A program made the position numbers and the translations under genes. A stretch of DNA of 63,632 bases, filler included, from Lama guanicoe (lineage: Eukaryota): the NCBI GenBank assembly GCA_013239625.1. It is 152 parts of 152 records of this genome, joined end to end, with 100 filler letters (N's around TTAATTAATTAA, not from the genome) between each part and the next. Parts side by side here need not be neighbours in the genome. Positions count along the whole stretch, not along the records: positions 11,725 to 12,043 come from PNXV01055809.1; positions 12,144 to 12,462 come from PNXV01055810.1; positions 12,563 to 12,881 come from PNXV01055811.1; positions 12,982 to 13,300 come from PNXV01055812.1; positions 13,401 to 13,719 come from PNXV01055813.1; positions 13,820 to 14,138 come from PNXV01055814.1; positions 14,239 to 14,557 come from PNXV01055815.1; positions 14,658 to 14,976 come from PNXV01055816.1; 144 more parts are not named here. One strand, given 5' to 3'. The notes beneath the pieces were generated by a model that made no database searches, was not told the DNA's origin, and saw only the letters and a program-made list of their open reading frames with translations. Numbering within the stretch: the first letter of the stretch is position 1; the number at the start of each line of letters is the position of its first letter. Positions 11,725 through 25,130 of the stretch are shown here, piece after piece.

Positions 11725-12043
11725 GTGTTAGTTTCTGGTGTATAGCATAGTGATTTAGTTATACATATATATATATGTATATATATATATACATATATAT
11801 ACATGTATATATACATATACATATATATACACATAAATATACATATTTAGTTATACATATATATACATACATATATACATATACATATATATATACATAT
11901 ATACATATATATATACAAATATACATATATATTTAGTTATACATATACATACATATATATACATATATACATATACATATATACATATATATAGTTTTCA
12001 TATTTTTCATTATAAACTATTACAAGATTGAATATAGTTCCCT
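11725..12043 (-). mobile_element. LINE-1 extreme 3' end containing an expanded (TA/CATA)n microsatellite
   Basis: gtgttagtttctggtgtatagcatagtgatttagttatacat ... tattacaagattgaatatagttccct flank about 230 bp of TA/CATA repeats. Confidence 0.85.
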
Positions 12044-15000
12044 NNNNNNNNNNNNNNNNNNNNNNNNNNNNNNNNNNNNNNNNNNNNTTAATTAATTAAN
12101 NNNNNNNNNNNNNNNNNNNNNNNNNNNNNNNNNNNNNNNNNNNGTCTGAGCAGCTTGGTCCCAGGCAGAAGAAAAATGTGGCAACTCGGCAGCAAACCAA
12201 GTTCTCTGCAGCCCAGAACCCCCGGTCTTCAGCACCTTCCTGTGGCCTCCCACTGTGCTTTCAGCTTAGACATGACATTTGCTGATGTGCAGGAAAGCCC
12301 TCTATCCTATTTGAAACAGTGATGATATTGTGACTTTGCTGTGCTGCCCTATTCAATAGAAACAAAATTTGTAGCCCATCTGTCATTTAAAGTTTTTTTC
12401 AATAGACTCTTTTATAAAAATTAAGAGATGTAGATGCAATTAGTTTGCATGATAGCTTTGCCNNNNNNNNNNNNNNNNNNNNNNNNNNNNNNNNNNNNNN
12501 NNNNNNTTAATTAATTAANNNNNNNNNNNNNNNNNNNNNNNNNNNNNNNNNNNNNNNNNNNNGATTTAAAGAAATGTCAGTACTGTGACCATTTGAAATC
12601 TCAACAATAGAGGCCAAGGACAATTGAAATGTCAGCTGTTTTGGGTCATGTGCCAAGCATCCCACAGTTATGTTTGCTGAGGTGGGGGGGCTTCCAGCTA
12701 AGTTCTGGGAAGGAACACAATATTTATTTAAGAGCTAGTGTCTACTTACACACAGGAAAACACTCTGCCACCTCACTTTGCTTGAAACTGGAATTCTGGT
12801 CTCCAGTTGATGGCTGAGACAATGCAGGGCATTGCAAAACGTTTCAGATTGGTTGGTTTCCCTGGCAGCTTAGTTTGCTTGNNNNNNNNNNNNNNNNNNN
12901 NNNNNNNNNNNNNNNNNNNNNNNNNTTAATTAATTAANNNNNNNNNNNNNNNNNNNNNNNNNNNNNNNNNNNNNNNNNNNNTATGTGTGTGCATGTATAT
13001 AAGAGCTCATACAGTATTTCAGCAGTAAACAGTAAACAGTAATTTTTATTTATCTTGCTTTTTTCCTGGCTTCATGTGATCATATCTTATCTCTGTAACA
13101 AAATTGTAAATTCTGTAGGATCGAAGGGCTGATTGTTGAGATGTGAATCCCCTTAGTAGGAAAGTAGTGTATACCAGGTCCATAATTCCTGCATAAATGA
13201 ATGATATCAATATGGAAATGTTAACATGGAGGGCAAGCTTATTTCCTTTTGTGTTTTTTCTCCATTTCTATTCCATAGAGTTACCCCTCTTCCCATTTTT
13301 NNNNNNNNNNNNNNNNNNNNNNNNNNNNNNNNNNNNNNNNNNNNTTAATTAATTAANNNNNNNNNNNNNNNNNNNNNNNNNNNNNNNNNNNNNNNNNNNN
13401 CACACACACACACACATACACCTTTAATTAATTGTATTTTCAGAATGATTTCTTGAGAACTGACTTTACATAAGGCAGAAGGACGGTGAAATCTGGGGGC
13501 AGGAAACTTGTTAATGGTTCAGTTCTCACAGCATCATAATCTTATAGACAGTAGGTATGGATAATAGGTAGAAATGAAATTGAACGGAGCCCAGAATTTT
13601 GCATCACTTCAGCATTTGGCACGTGACATAGATAAAACTGAAACATGGCTTTAGAGAGTCTGAACAATATAATTTTTCTAAAATTTAGCCATCAGAATAT
13701 AGATGGTGACTTGTGAAAANNNNNNNNNNNNNNNNNNNNNNNNNNNNNNNNNNNNNNNNNNNNTTAATTAATTAANNNNNNNNNNNNNNNNNNNNNNNNN
13801 NNNNNNNNNNNNNNNNNNNCTTTTTTCTCATCTTTCTTCTCCCTCCTTTTTCCCTCTTTTCCCCTCCTCTCCCCTTCTCTTCCCCCCATTCCCTGCACTC
13901 ATCCTAGGGCTTGCATTTTCCCTGTCGTTTCTTTCTCTATTTTCCCCTTTCCCCATCCCTCCTCCTCCTCCTTCTCTATCGATCAGTCTCCCCAGCTCTA
14001 GCCAACACAGAGGCCTTGGACGGTGCTCACAGTCTTGCTTTAAATTTATTGCCCAGTAAAGGAGGCGGCAGATGGAAGTCTCTGCACCCCACCCCCACCC
14101 TCCATGTTTCCTCATCTCGACAAAAGCCAATCTAGACANNNNNNNNNNNNNNNNNNNNNNNNNNNNNNNNNNNNNNNNNNNNTTAATTAATTAANNNNNN
14201 NNNNNNNNNNNNNNNNNNNNNNNNNNNNNNNNNNNNNNAAATCAAATTGCACTGGTCCCCAAGTCCCATACATATGCAGAGATTCCATTCTTCCATAAGG
14301 AGGTACAGCACTTAGAGGAAGTCTCCAATAGGAAAAAGACCAAAATAAGCAAATAAGAGAAATAAAACTAGAGGGCACAGAGTTAATGCAAGGAATAGAC
14401 AAAGACCTAAGATTACTAACAGCAGCAGTATGACTCCAAAAGATGAGAAGGAAGAGATGATTAACATTTACTATGTGCTCAATATTCTAAGTGTTAATTC
14501 ATATTTAATATATATTATAATAAACACATATAATACACCCCTACTAGTTTTATGTATNNNNNNNNNNNNNNNNNNNNNNNNNNNNNNNNNNNNNNNNNNN
14601 NTTAATTAATTAANNNNNNNNNNNNNNNNNNNNNNNNNNNNNNNNNNNNNNNNNNNNTTAACATATTGTTTTATTAAATATGAAAATTTAATTTACTACA
14701 TATTTTAATAAATATATAAAACTTTATGTGTTCGATATGTAATTAACAGAGACCCAGAGACTGTGGACGGCTCACAATCTGGAGAAGAGGTAGAGGTTAC
14801 AAGGGGTAGAACGTGGGGTGACCAACCGCCCGTGCAGATCATAAGAACATAGCAGGGTAGAGGCTCACGCTTCCCATCTTCCTCTTCCGCCCTAAAGGAA
14901 AGTCCTGTCCAGTGAGTGAGGGGTTGGAACAGGGATCAGGACCCTGACAGGGATGCCCCAGAGCTCGTCTTGCTGANNNNNNNNNNNNNNNNNNNNNNNN

Positions 15001-15076
15001 NNNNNNNNNNNNNNNNNNNNTTAATTAATTAANNNNNNNNNNNNNNNNNNNNNNNNNNNNNNNNNNNNNNNNNNNN

Positions 15077-15395
15077 GAGTGCATGCAGCTGGTCTTTGGG
15101 GTGGATGTGAAGGAGGTGGACCCCAAGGAGCACTTGTACATCCTGGTCCCCACCCTGGGCCTCACCTGTGATGGGACGCAGGGTGGTGAGCAGAGCATGC
15201 CCAAGAACGGCCTCCTGGTGATACTTCTGGGTGTCATCGTCCTGGGGGGAGGGGGGGTGCCTGAGGAAGAGGTGTGGGGAGCACTCGGTGTCATGGGGGT
15301 GTATCCTGGGAGGGAGCACTTCATCTACGGGGAGCCCAGGGAGCTGATCACCAAAGCGTGGGTGCAGGAGGGGTACCTGGAGTACCGGCAGGTGG
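15077..15395 (+). CDS. MAGE: MAGE family protein, internal fragment of the MAGE homology domain (MAGE-A-like)
   Basis: Open across the whole contig: [33 protein letters not shown]...[15 protein letters not shown]...[45 protein letters not shown]. Confidence 0.96.
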
Positions 15396-16752
15396 NNNNN
15401 NNNNNNNNNNNNNNNNNNNNNNNNNNNNNNNNNNNNNNNTTAATTAATTAANNNNNNNNNNNNNNNNNNNNNNNNNNNNNNNNNNNNNNNNNNNNAAAAA
15501 AAAAAACAACTAAACTTATTAACACTGATAATATAGTTAACAAGTTTTGTCACCCACACTCTCTCAAAGGAATTACAAGTTTTAAAGAAGGAAAAGCTGT
15601 AAAATAAATGTAAACAAGGTATTTCTAGATTAGATGTAATACATCAAAGACCCGTATAGGGATCTGGGAGTAATTTAATCTCATCAGACTCCTTTTGGAA
15701 AACATATTTGTTTACCGTATGTAGTAAAGTATGTTTTATAAAACGATAGTTTAACAATGGGTTCAAATTTCCTTGTAGCTAAGGAGATGTTTTAGATCTT
15801 AAAAAAAAGTCTTANNNNNNNNNNNNNNNNNNNNNNNNNNNNNNNNNNNNNNNNNNNNTTAATTAATTAANNNNNNNNNNNNNNNNNNNNNNNNNNNNNN
15901 NNNNNNNNNNNNNNAATGGGAGGCAACCCACCTTTGCTGTGAGAGGTTTGCAATTTGGAGCAATGCTGGGTTGAAAATCACCAACAGCTCTTGAATTCAA
16001 GTGAAGTAAGAATAAGTGGTGGCTTATTCCAACTGCACCCTTGGAAGGCGGTAAGATTGATGTCATGCCCTCCTTAGGCAGTGAGCCCAAGTCCTATCCC
16101 AGATACCAATTCCCATGGACAAACTTGGTGTTTGGGGAGGACACAAGTGAGCATCTGAATACTTCTGACATACTTAGGATGTCAAGCAACATCTTCCAAG
16201 GCTTTACAGAGCTTAATAGCAAGATCATTTTTTNNNNNNNNNNNNNNNNNNNNNNNNNNNNNNNNNNNNNNNNNNNNTTAATTAATTAANNNNNNNNNNN
16301 NNNNNNNNNNNNNNNNNNNNNNNNNNNNNNNNNATAGCATCCCATAGATTTTAAAATAATTTTTCCAATATGCTTTCTCTTTATGCTTCACTTTGGATTA
16401 TTTCCATCGACATATTTTAAGCTTACTTTTGTGATGGTTGAAGAAATGTTTTACTGCTGATATCATGATTTTAATTCTATAATTTCAATTTGATTATTTC
16501 TTAGAAATTCCTTTATCTTCCTCTATGTTATCTCTGTAAGTCTTTTAACATATTAATCATGATAAATGTATCTCCCAGACAGGTTTTCTCTGACCCATAG
16601 GTTTTCTCTGACCATATGACTTTACTGAATCATCTAGTCTTTATTTTTTTTTNNNNNNNNNNNNNNNNNNNNNNNNNNNNNNNNNNNNNNNNNNNNTTAA
16701 TTAATTAANNNNNNNNNNNNNNNNNNNNNNNNNNNNNNNNNNNNNNNNNNNN

Positions 16753-16812
16753 AAAAAAAAAAAGTTAACATAAATAGATAAACCTAATTACCTCCCCTCC
16801 AAAACAAACAAA
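16753..16812 (+). mobile_element. 3' tail of a camelid-type tRNA-derived SINE
   Basis: aaatagataaacctaattacctcccctccaaaacaaac matches the AAATAAACCTAATTACCTCCCC tail I associate with camelid SINEs. Confidence 0.6.
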
Positions 16813-17751
16813 GGGAAAACAATACTTTGGGGCTTGGAAGCATCAGGGTAATTAAATGAAGACTGTCACTCCATTCCCTATCCCACAACATATCAAAATT
16901 GGGAACATCTCAGCTTAAGTCGAAGTACCACCATTTCCATTCCCACACTTTGTCCTTAACAGAAATACGTACAAAACAGGGATAACAAGAGAGATCTATT
17001 CTTCTCCTTTAGAGATAACAGAATTTTGAATGATTTCAAGGTTTTAAATTCTGTGTGAAAAGCCATGGAAANNNNNNNNNNNNNNNNNNNNNNNNNNNNN
17101 NNNNNNNNNNNNNNNTTAATTAATTAANNNNNNNNNNNNNNNNNNNNNNNNNNNNNNNNNNNNNNNNNNNNGAGTTGTTTTGAACAGTAAAACAGAAAAC
17201 ACATGGGGAAAGGCTGTGAAGGCGAGCATCCCGCTCTCCACTAGATACGAGCATGAAGGCAGCTAGGCTAACACGAGCCTTGTGCAACCTCAACCCTTGG
17301 AAAATGTATCGCAAAGATTTAGAACGTGAAATGAATTCTAACAGTTGCTTTAAAACAAACAAGCAAACAAACAAAATCCCCAAAAGGACTGGACAGAACC
17401 TAATTCAGTATTTTTTCTACTTGACAACTCAGATCCCAGTGATCCAGGCACATCCTGACCCAGGGAGAGGTCTCCCTACAAGGGAATTTANNNNNNNNNN
17501 NNNNNNNNNNNNNNNNNNNNNNNNNNNNNNNNNNTTAATTAATTAANNNNNNNNNNNNNNNNNNNNNNNNNNNNNNNNNNNNNNNNNNNNAAAACATGTG
17601 GTCCAAGTAGAAATTAATCTCTGAGTCCCTGTCTGTTTTTGAACTTATTTTGTTTAAAAGGCTATCTGTGTTCAAAGTATATAGCTCTTGTGTGAGAGTG
17701 GCCTGCACAAACACGATGGCACTGGTGCCACTTGAAACAATGTAGTTAAAT

Positions 17752-17907
17752 CAAAAAGCCAACCTACGAAATGGGAGAAAATATTTACAATGATGTGACT
17801 GACAAAGGCTTAATTTCCAGAATACATATAACAACTCATACAACTTAATAACAACAACAACAAAAAAAAACCTAATCCAAAAATGGGCAGAAGACCTAAA
17901 CAAGCAA
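17752..17907 (+). mobile_element. LINE-1 ORF2 fragment
   Basis: caacctacgaaatgggagaaaatattt...actgacaaaggcttaatttccagaatac...aatccaaaaatgggcagaagacctaaac (QPTKWEKIF...KWAEDLN). Confidence 0.9.
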
Positions 17908-19264
17908 NNNNNNNNNNNNNNNNNNNNNNNNNNNNNNNNNNNNNNNNNNNNTTAATTAATTAANNNNNNNNNNNNNNNNNNNNNNNNNNNNNNNNNNNNN
18001 NNNNNNNGGGATTTGAAATGGTTACACAGTTGTGAAGGGGAGTGAACTCTGGAACTACAAGCTTGCAGCTAGCAGCTGCTGGCAGATACTGTTTGGAAAA
18101 CCACCAGTGGCATCCTTGAGTTTGATACAGCTCAGAGAAGATTCAGGTTTTCAGTGGTGCAAGGTCATATCTGAGACCAAAACTCCAGTGGCCACCCTGA
18201 TCCATTTTTGTCTGCCTGAACTGTGATTACTCCATTCTAATTTCAATTTGTCATCAGTAAACTCAATGAAGATTTGAAAAACACAGTAGACCTAAATGAG
18301 TTACTCATTGTTGCTTTAATTGTCCANNNNNNNNNNNNNNNNNNNNNNNNNNNNNNNNNNNNNNNNNNNNTTAATTAATTAANNNNNNNNNNNNNNNNNN
18401 NNNNNNNNNNNNNNNNNNNNNNNNNNGAGGAGAGGGCAAGAAGCACTGCCCACTCTGCTGAGGGGTTCAGGCAGGATCTACCCCTGCAGCCTCAAGCCAC
18501 AGGGGTCACCAGGAGGCCTCCACCCCTGGTCCAGAGAACCAGCTGATCGGCTGGCGGCCCAGGAGGCAGGCAGCTGCTGGGCTCACTCAGAACCTACAGG
18601 ACGGCAACACAGTCCCCCCGGCCAAGGCCTCTCCCCTATCCAGCGTCCCCTGGGTCTGCAGACCCTGGTGACCAGAATCAGGGGAACATGCACGGACTCC
18701 TGACCTTCAGCACATGGACAGGAAGCTTCTCCTTGCCCCCTCCCCNNNNNNNNNNNNNNNNNNNNNNNNNNNNNNNNNNNNNNNNNNNNTTAATTAATTA
18801 ANNNNNNNNNNNNNNNNNNNNNNNNNNNNNNNNNNNNNNNNNNNNAAAAGTAATGGCTTCCACTTCATTCAGATACAAATTAGGGTCTAGTATTAATCAA
18901 TGTATAATATTAAGCTATGTAAGTTATATGTCTGCTCTAAGTTTTATGTTTCTCACTTGAGTACTAGAAATGTTAAAATACCTTTTCCAGGAAAGTTTGC
19001 AGGGGTGATTGTGTAAAAATATAAAGTGCTTTCTACTCTGCCTGCCATGTAGTAAACATTCCATAAATGGTAGCTATAATCATTAACTCAAGGAGAAACA
19101 TATACTTTGCTATCATTTATAGTACTGTACACTTTTTAATTTAAGTACCATCTAAATAAACAAANNNNNNNNNNNNNNNNNNNNNNNNNNNNNNNNNNNN
19201 NNNNNNNNTTAATTAATTAANNNNNNNNNNNNNNNNNNNNNNNNNNNNNNNNNNNNNNNNNNNN

Positions 19265-19583
19265 GCGAACGGGACTGCGAGGCATGGTGTTGGGCGTGGT
19301 GTTGCTAGTTCTTATACGCTAACAAGTGAGGACTGTTCGAACTGCTATGGGGAAGAGGCGGGGATTCCCAGGAATTGGGCCACCACCCTCCCTTTGACTT
19401 TTCATGGTTAGCTTTCGGAACGTCATGGCACCTGTGGGGTGTCATTCCCCAAGCTAGTACATTACAGTGTGTATTATGAAGCTCAAGGTTCACTGGGGGG
19501 CGAATCTTCCGCCATCTTGGGTCTCCAAGTCTGTTGGGAGTTGACTTTTCCACCATCTTGGTGCTAATTGCTGTGTCATTCCT
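19265..19583 (-). mobile_element. ERV1-class LTR fragment
   Basis: gggattcccaggaattgggccaccaccc...gaagctcaaggttcactgg...gaatcttccgccatcttgg, with a duplicated YY1-type c(g/a)ccatcttgg. Recalled as an ERV1 LTR motif; family not assigned. Confidence 0.6.
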
Positions 19584-21894
19584 NNNNNNNNNNNNNNNNN
19601 NNNNNNNNNNNNNNNNNNNNNNNNNNNTTAATTAATTAANNNNNNNNNNNNNNNNNNNNNNNNNNNNNNNNNNNNNNNNNNNNTTTTCTGAACAAGGAAA
19701 AAAAAAATTAAGGGACTTATCCCAAATGGATAAACATTTTTCAGACGGTTATTTAAAATGGGATAAATAAAATGGATATTTTGGATTAAACAATGGATTA
19801 AAATACAAGGTTTTGATACTACACTATGAAAGGTTAAAAAGGCCAAAGGGACCCTCCCTACTGGTCCCCAAGTTAAAATTCAAACAACTCTGCTCTATTT
19901 ACCCCAGTTTAAAATACATATATTTATAGGGCTGGAAAAAATGTACACTGAGATACTGAAGGAGGATTAATAAAATGGCCGCACTTAGGCTAACAGATTG
20001 CTNNNNNNNNNNNNNNNNNNNNNNNNNNNNNNNNNNNNNNNNNNNNTTAATTAATTAANNNNNNNNNNNNNNNNNNNNNNNNNNNNNNNNNNNNNNNNNN
20101 NNTATGAAGCATAGACTGACACTCAGATGAGTTCAAGTTACGAAATAGTAAAATAAACGTGTGATATGGGAAATTTATTCAAGAAAACAGAAAGGATTAG
20201 AAATGGCTGAACAAGTAGGCTTCAGCGGGGTGTGAACTGGTCAGTTCTGGGGGGGGGTCATCTCCACCTCTCCTTCCCCCACTCCCTCCTTATTTTCTTC
20301 TCTTTTTTTTTTGAAGAGATTTGTGTTTTATTGAAATATAGTTGGCTTATAATGTTGTGTTGATTTCTGGTATACAGCATAGTGGTTCAGTTACACATAT
20401 ATATCTTCCTCTTCATCTTCTNNNNNNNNNNNNNNNNNNNNNNNNNNNNNNNNNNNNNNNNNNNNTTAATTAATTAANNNNNNNNNNNNNNNNNNNNNNN
20501 NNNNNNNNNNNNNNNNNNNNNTTTTCAGGGTGATTCTCTTTCTGCTGCTTAGACCGGTGTCCTGAGATAAGACTTTGCACCCACCCTAGAGTTTATCATG
20601 AATTTTACACTTTATACTGCAAAGGGCTTTTCCAGTTCCTTTCATTCCTTGTTGAAATTGTGCTATGATGATTCCTACCATGAATGTATGATTTCAGTTT
20701 TTTTTACTCTGCTTCATTTTTAAATTTCAATAATTCTTAATCTCCTTTCAATATTTCATGTGATTTACTTATTTCATTTAAATTTTGTTATTGTTGTGCT
20801 GAGCAGCCTTGACCTAATTTTGACAGACAGCTGTCACATGNNNNNNNNNNNNNNNNNNNNNNNNNNNNNNNNNNNNNNNNNNNNTTAATTAATTAANNNN
20901 NNNNNNNNNNNNNNNNNNNNNNNNNNNNNNNNNNNNNNNNTAGATATTTGACAATTAAATAAAATTATATAAAGAAAGTACTAGTACATAAAATAATTTT
21001 TAATACAGGCTAGGTCCTCCTAGTGTTAATATTTATCAGTAAATATCAATATCATCATCAAGATCTAAAGAAGCATGAGGTGAGAAAAAAGAAAGTAGGT
21101 ATAATACCAATTAGACTTTTAAATTAAAAATACTAATTATATGTAATAGTGATTTTAATTTATTAAATATAAAAGGTATTGTGATTTCCTAAGCATTGCA
21201 GGTCACTATGTTGAAGTGTTACACAAACAGCACACATCAGGCATAACCATCTTTGGCTTNNNNNNNNNNNNNNNNNNNNNNNNNNNNNNNNNNNNNNNNN
21301 NNNTTAATTAATTAANNNNNNNNNNNNNNNNNNNNNNNNNNNNNNNNNNNNNNNNNNNNAAAATGAAAATGAAAATGAAAAAAATGCATTTAGGCCCTCC
21401 AGTGAGAAGACTCAGGAAGACCGCAGACGGCAGCGGGCACAAATCTGTGTGGAAGGAAGTGGAGGCGCCATGGTTACTGGGCAGTTTCACAACTGCTTTG
21501 ACTAGGAAATGAGCCAGGTGTGGTCACCGTCATGTCTCTTGCTGAAGGAACACGGGTCAGGATAAAGCCTCTCCTGAACAGTACATGTTTCAGCCCCGGC
21601 TCTGGTGCAAGCATGGCCAAGTCGAAGATCCACACCATACACAACCATCCCCGAAAATGGCACAGAAACGGTATCAAANNNNNNNNNNNNNNNNNNNNNN
21701 NNNNNNNNNNNNNNNNNNNNNNTTAATTAATTAANNNNNNNNNNNNNNNNNNNNNNNNNNNNNNNNNNNNNNNNNNNNGCTGCAGCTGCAGAACAATAAA
21801 GCAAGCCTCCCAGAGACCCCCACCGAGGACCCCCGCCCGGAGGCCAAGCCCCGGCGGCCCTCCCCTTGCCGCCTGCGCCGGCTGAGCGCGCCCG

Positions 21895-21942
21895 GTCGCT
21901 GGCCGAGGTGCTGGCCGGGCCGGCGCTGGCCGCGGTGCTGAA
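21895..21942 (-). promoter_or_regulatory. Tandem REST/NRSF (RE1/NRSE)-like sites in a CpG island
   Basis: Minus strand TTCAGCACCGCGGCCAGCGCC (21922-21942) is 19/21 to the consensus TTCAGCACCACGGACAGCGCC. A second, weaker copy GCCAGCACCTCGGCCAGCGAC lies at 21895-21915. Confidence 0.7.
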
Positions 21943-22616
21943 GCTGCTGGCGCTCTTGCCGCCGCCGCGTTCTGCCGGCCCGGTGCTGCCACCCCCGGGG
22001 GCATGGGGGGTCGCTGACTGAGGCTCCGACGCGGCGGCGGCGGGGAGGGGAAGGGGGCCGCGGAGCCGGGCCAGCCCTGCACCCACGCTGAGCCACCNNN
22101 NNNNNNNNNNNNNNNNNNNNNNNNNNNNNNNNNNNNNNNNNTTAATTAATTAANNNNNNNNNNNNNNNNNNNNNNNNNNNNNNNNNNNNNNNNNNNNTCT
22201 CCTGGTGCCGCAGTTTCTGGGTCCCTGCAGGCTCCCCGACTCCCGACCAGGGGCTTCTTTCATATCGAGCTGCCACTCAGGGTGACTCTCCCCAAGGAAC
22301 TGACATGGCCTCACCATGTGTAGGATCATGGCCACGTGCCCCTGACGGTTTAGAAATGCGTGCTTGGGCAGGACAGCTCAGCTGCATCAAGGTTTCAGAT
22401 CTCTCTTCTGGTCTTCCACCGTCTGTCCTCCCAAAGTGCTGTGCCTGCACACGTCATCCACCCAGGGGCTTGCTGCCACCCTGCACATCAGAGCAGAAAA
22501 GCTTCCTTCTGGCTTANNNNNNNNNNNNNNNNNNNNNNNNNNNNNNNNNNNNNNNNNNNNTTAATTAATTAANNNNNNNNNNNNNNNNNNNNNNNNNNNN
22601 NNNNNNNNNNNNNNNN

Positions 22617-22935
22617 CGTTGTTATATTAGATAATAAATATTCTTATTCAGTCAGGTTGAGTCATGTATTCAGTTACAAACATCTCAACTGATACAATAA
22701 ATTGCTTTATATTTAATACACAGGTTATAGTTCTTATAGGATGATGTACTGTATCAGCATACTTACTTTCAAAGTAAATGTAAAAAAATCTGCTCACACT
22801 TTGTGGTACCATAAAATTAGTTTAGCTAATTGAAAGGAAGAGAGATTTCAGGCTATGGTAGTATTTCAGATTATATGTAAATTTGAAAATGGACAACTGA
22901 ATGAGCTTTCTTTCAGGAGGATTTGAAAGTGCAAT
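22617..22935 (+). repeat. Near-duplicate of 33509-33827 (reverse complement)
   Basis: Same end points, about 16 substitutions by manual count, 49 identical terminal bases at each end. Confidence 0.97.
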
Positions 22936-24439
22936 NNNNNNNNNNNNNNNNNNNNNNNNNNNNNNNNNNNNNNNNNNNNTTAATTAATTAANNNNNNNNN
23001 NNNNNNNNNNNNNNNNNNNNNNNNNNNNNNNNNNNATCACACTGAGTTACCCGTTGAAACCTACATGCTTGCGGCACCAAACTGCCCGTTCGCGAGGCTG
23101 TTACTTCAAAGTCTACAGTCTTGAGCCTCTCAGGTTGTCCCTGAGTGTGACTCAAACACCAAAAGATGGCAAAGGACTAAAATGCTGCATGAGAGTTGAA
23201 TTTGGAGGAACAGGGGTATACGGACCCCAGCCCCAGATCGGCCACGAAAAAGTGAAATGTGAGGCCTTTACTGATGTTCCTACTGGTATGAGACACTGAG
23301 GATAATTTTATTAACTTCATGAGCAATATGTATGTGATTTTTCTGTCTCTTTTCNNNNNNNNNNNNNNNNNNNNNNNNNNNNNNNNNNNNNNNNNNNNTT
23401 AATTAATTAANNNNNNNNNNNNNNNNNNNNNNNNNNNNNNNNNNNNNNNNNNNNCAATGTATGCTATAAAACTGTAGAAATAATGTAACAAAATCATAGG
23501 AAAGGAGAGGAGAAAAAAGTTGTGAGATACTCATAAATATATCTTTTGTAAGAAACTTTCAATGCGTGGTTAATATTCGGTACAAGGGAAGCAGGAAGGA
23601 GAAGCAAACAACGGAGAAGATCTTTAAAGAGTACATTACATGATCACCATGTGGGCTGTATCCTGATGAGCCTCAGAAAGAACATCGTGATACTTATAGT
23701 TTATGAAGTAATTTTAATTCTAAATTAGAATAAAGTCATTTTATTAAAATAAATTATGATAAAATAAATTATANNNNNNNNNNNNNNNNNNNNNNNNNNN
23801 NNNNNNNNNNNNNNNNNTTAATTAATTAANNNNNNNNNNNNNNNNNNNNNNNNNNNNNNNNNNNNNNNNNNNNGGGAAGCCAGGATCACCTAAGGTCCCC
23901 AAAGCAGAGAAGAATGTAGTTCAAGGCCAAGATCACCTGTGTCAAATGCTGCTGAGAGTCTGTGATTCTCCTGAGCAGATGGAGTGTTTCAAAAGACCAT
24001 GGGCGGGGAAAGAACTGGAGACACAGGTAAGTACACCTCAAGGGTGTCGCTCTCAAGAGAAGGAGGCAACTGGAAGGGCGATTAGAGAGGGCAAGGGATG
24101 CAGGCAAAAGTGAAGGGTGTGGGGAGAGAATACAGGAGGTGGAGGGAGATAAATGCGGGAATAAAGTGCTCAACAAAAGGGGGTGGGTTCCANNNNNNNN
24201 NNNNNNNNNNNNNNNNNNNNNNNNNNNNNNNNNNNNTTAATTAATTAANNNNNNNNNNNNNNNNNNNNNNNNNNNNNNNNNNNNNNNNNNNNTTCAATAA
24301 CAACAAAGTGAAAAATAAAGAGAAAATATGTTGGTATGAGATCATAGTGAGCCTCAACAGAGCTGGTAGAGAATGTGGACAGACCCTCTGGGTTGGGCCC
24401 CCGAAGAATACAGTAGGGCTGAGGGATTAACCAGAATCA

Positions 24440-24611
24440 ATAAGACTCAGAAGTTGTTCAACTTATGCATACAGTTTATTACGGCAAAATGATACAGAGC
24501 AGCACATATGACGTGCTGCCAACCAGAGGGGCTCACCTAAGCCATGGCGCCCAGGTGTTATAGGGAGTCAGTCACGTAGGCACACAGCACCCTTGCGGCT
24601 GACCTCAGTTC
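24440..24611. mobile_element. MER21-like ERVL LTR fragment
   Basis: gactcagaagttg...agtttattacggcaaaatgatacaga...gtgctgccaaccagaggggctcacctaagcc...gtcagtcacgtaggca. Confidence 0.7.
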
Positions 24612-25130
24612 NNNNNNNNNNNNNNNNNNNNNNNNNNNNNNNNNNNNNNNNNNNNTTAATTAATTAANNNNNNNNNNNNNNNNNNNNNNNNNNNNNNNNN
24701 NNNNNNNNNNNGATATCTTCACCCAGATGGTCCCAGAACTGGATATCCTTGCAGGGTTCAAGTGATTACAGATCTCACCACCTCCAGGCAGGAACGTTTT
24801 CTCCCCCTCTGGATGGTCCTTAGCCCTTTAAAGGACCCCTCCTATGTGGCCCTGCTCGGTTCTGGCCATGGTCTGCAGTCTATCAAGTTCACGATTTCCT
24901 GCCTGAAAATGGTGCAAGTGTTTTGAGAGCATCAACTTTATCTGCGTCTGCCACTGGAACCAGCACAGTGCTGGTACTCAGTAAGTGCCAACTGAATGTA
25001 AATTTCCTAATAATGAAGTCTGTCACTGAGNNNNNNNNNNNNNNNNNNNNNNNNNNNNNNNNNNNNNNNNNNNNTTAATTAATTAANNNNNNNNNNNNNN
25101 NNNNNNNNNNNNNNNNNNNNNNNNNNNNNN

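Noticed and set aside
13828..14135. 100-aa and 74-aa ORFs
   Set aside because: They arise from a polypyrimidine/polypurine low-complexity tract
15025..15324. Two minus-strand ORFs of 96-99 aa
   Set aside because: Antisense shadows of the MAGE frame
21723..22096. Three overlapping ~120-aa minus-strand ORFs
   Set aside because: Very high GC suppresses stop codons; the peptides are low-complexity Ala/Pro/Gly/Arg with no recognisable family
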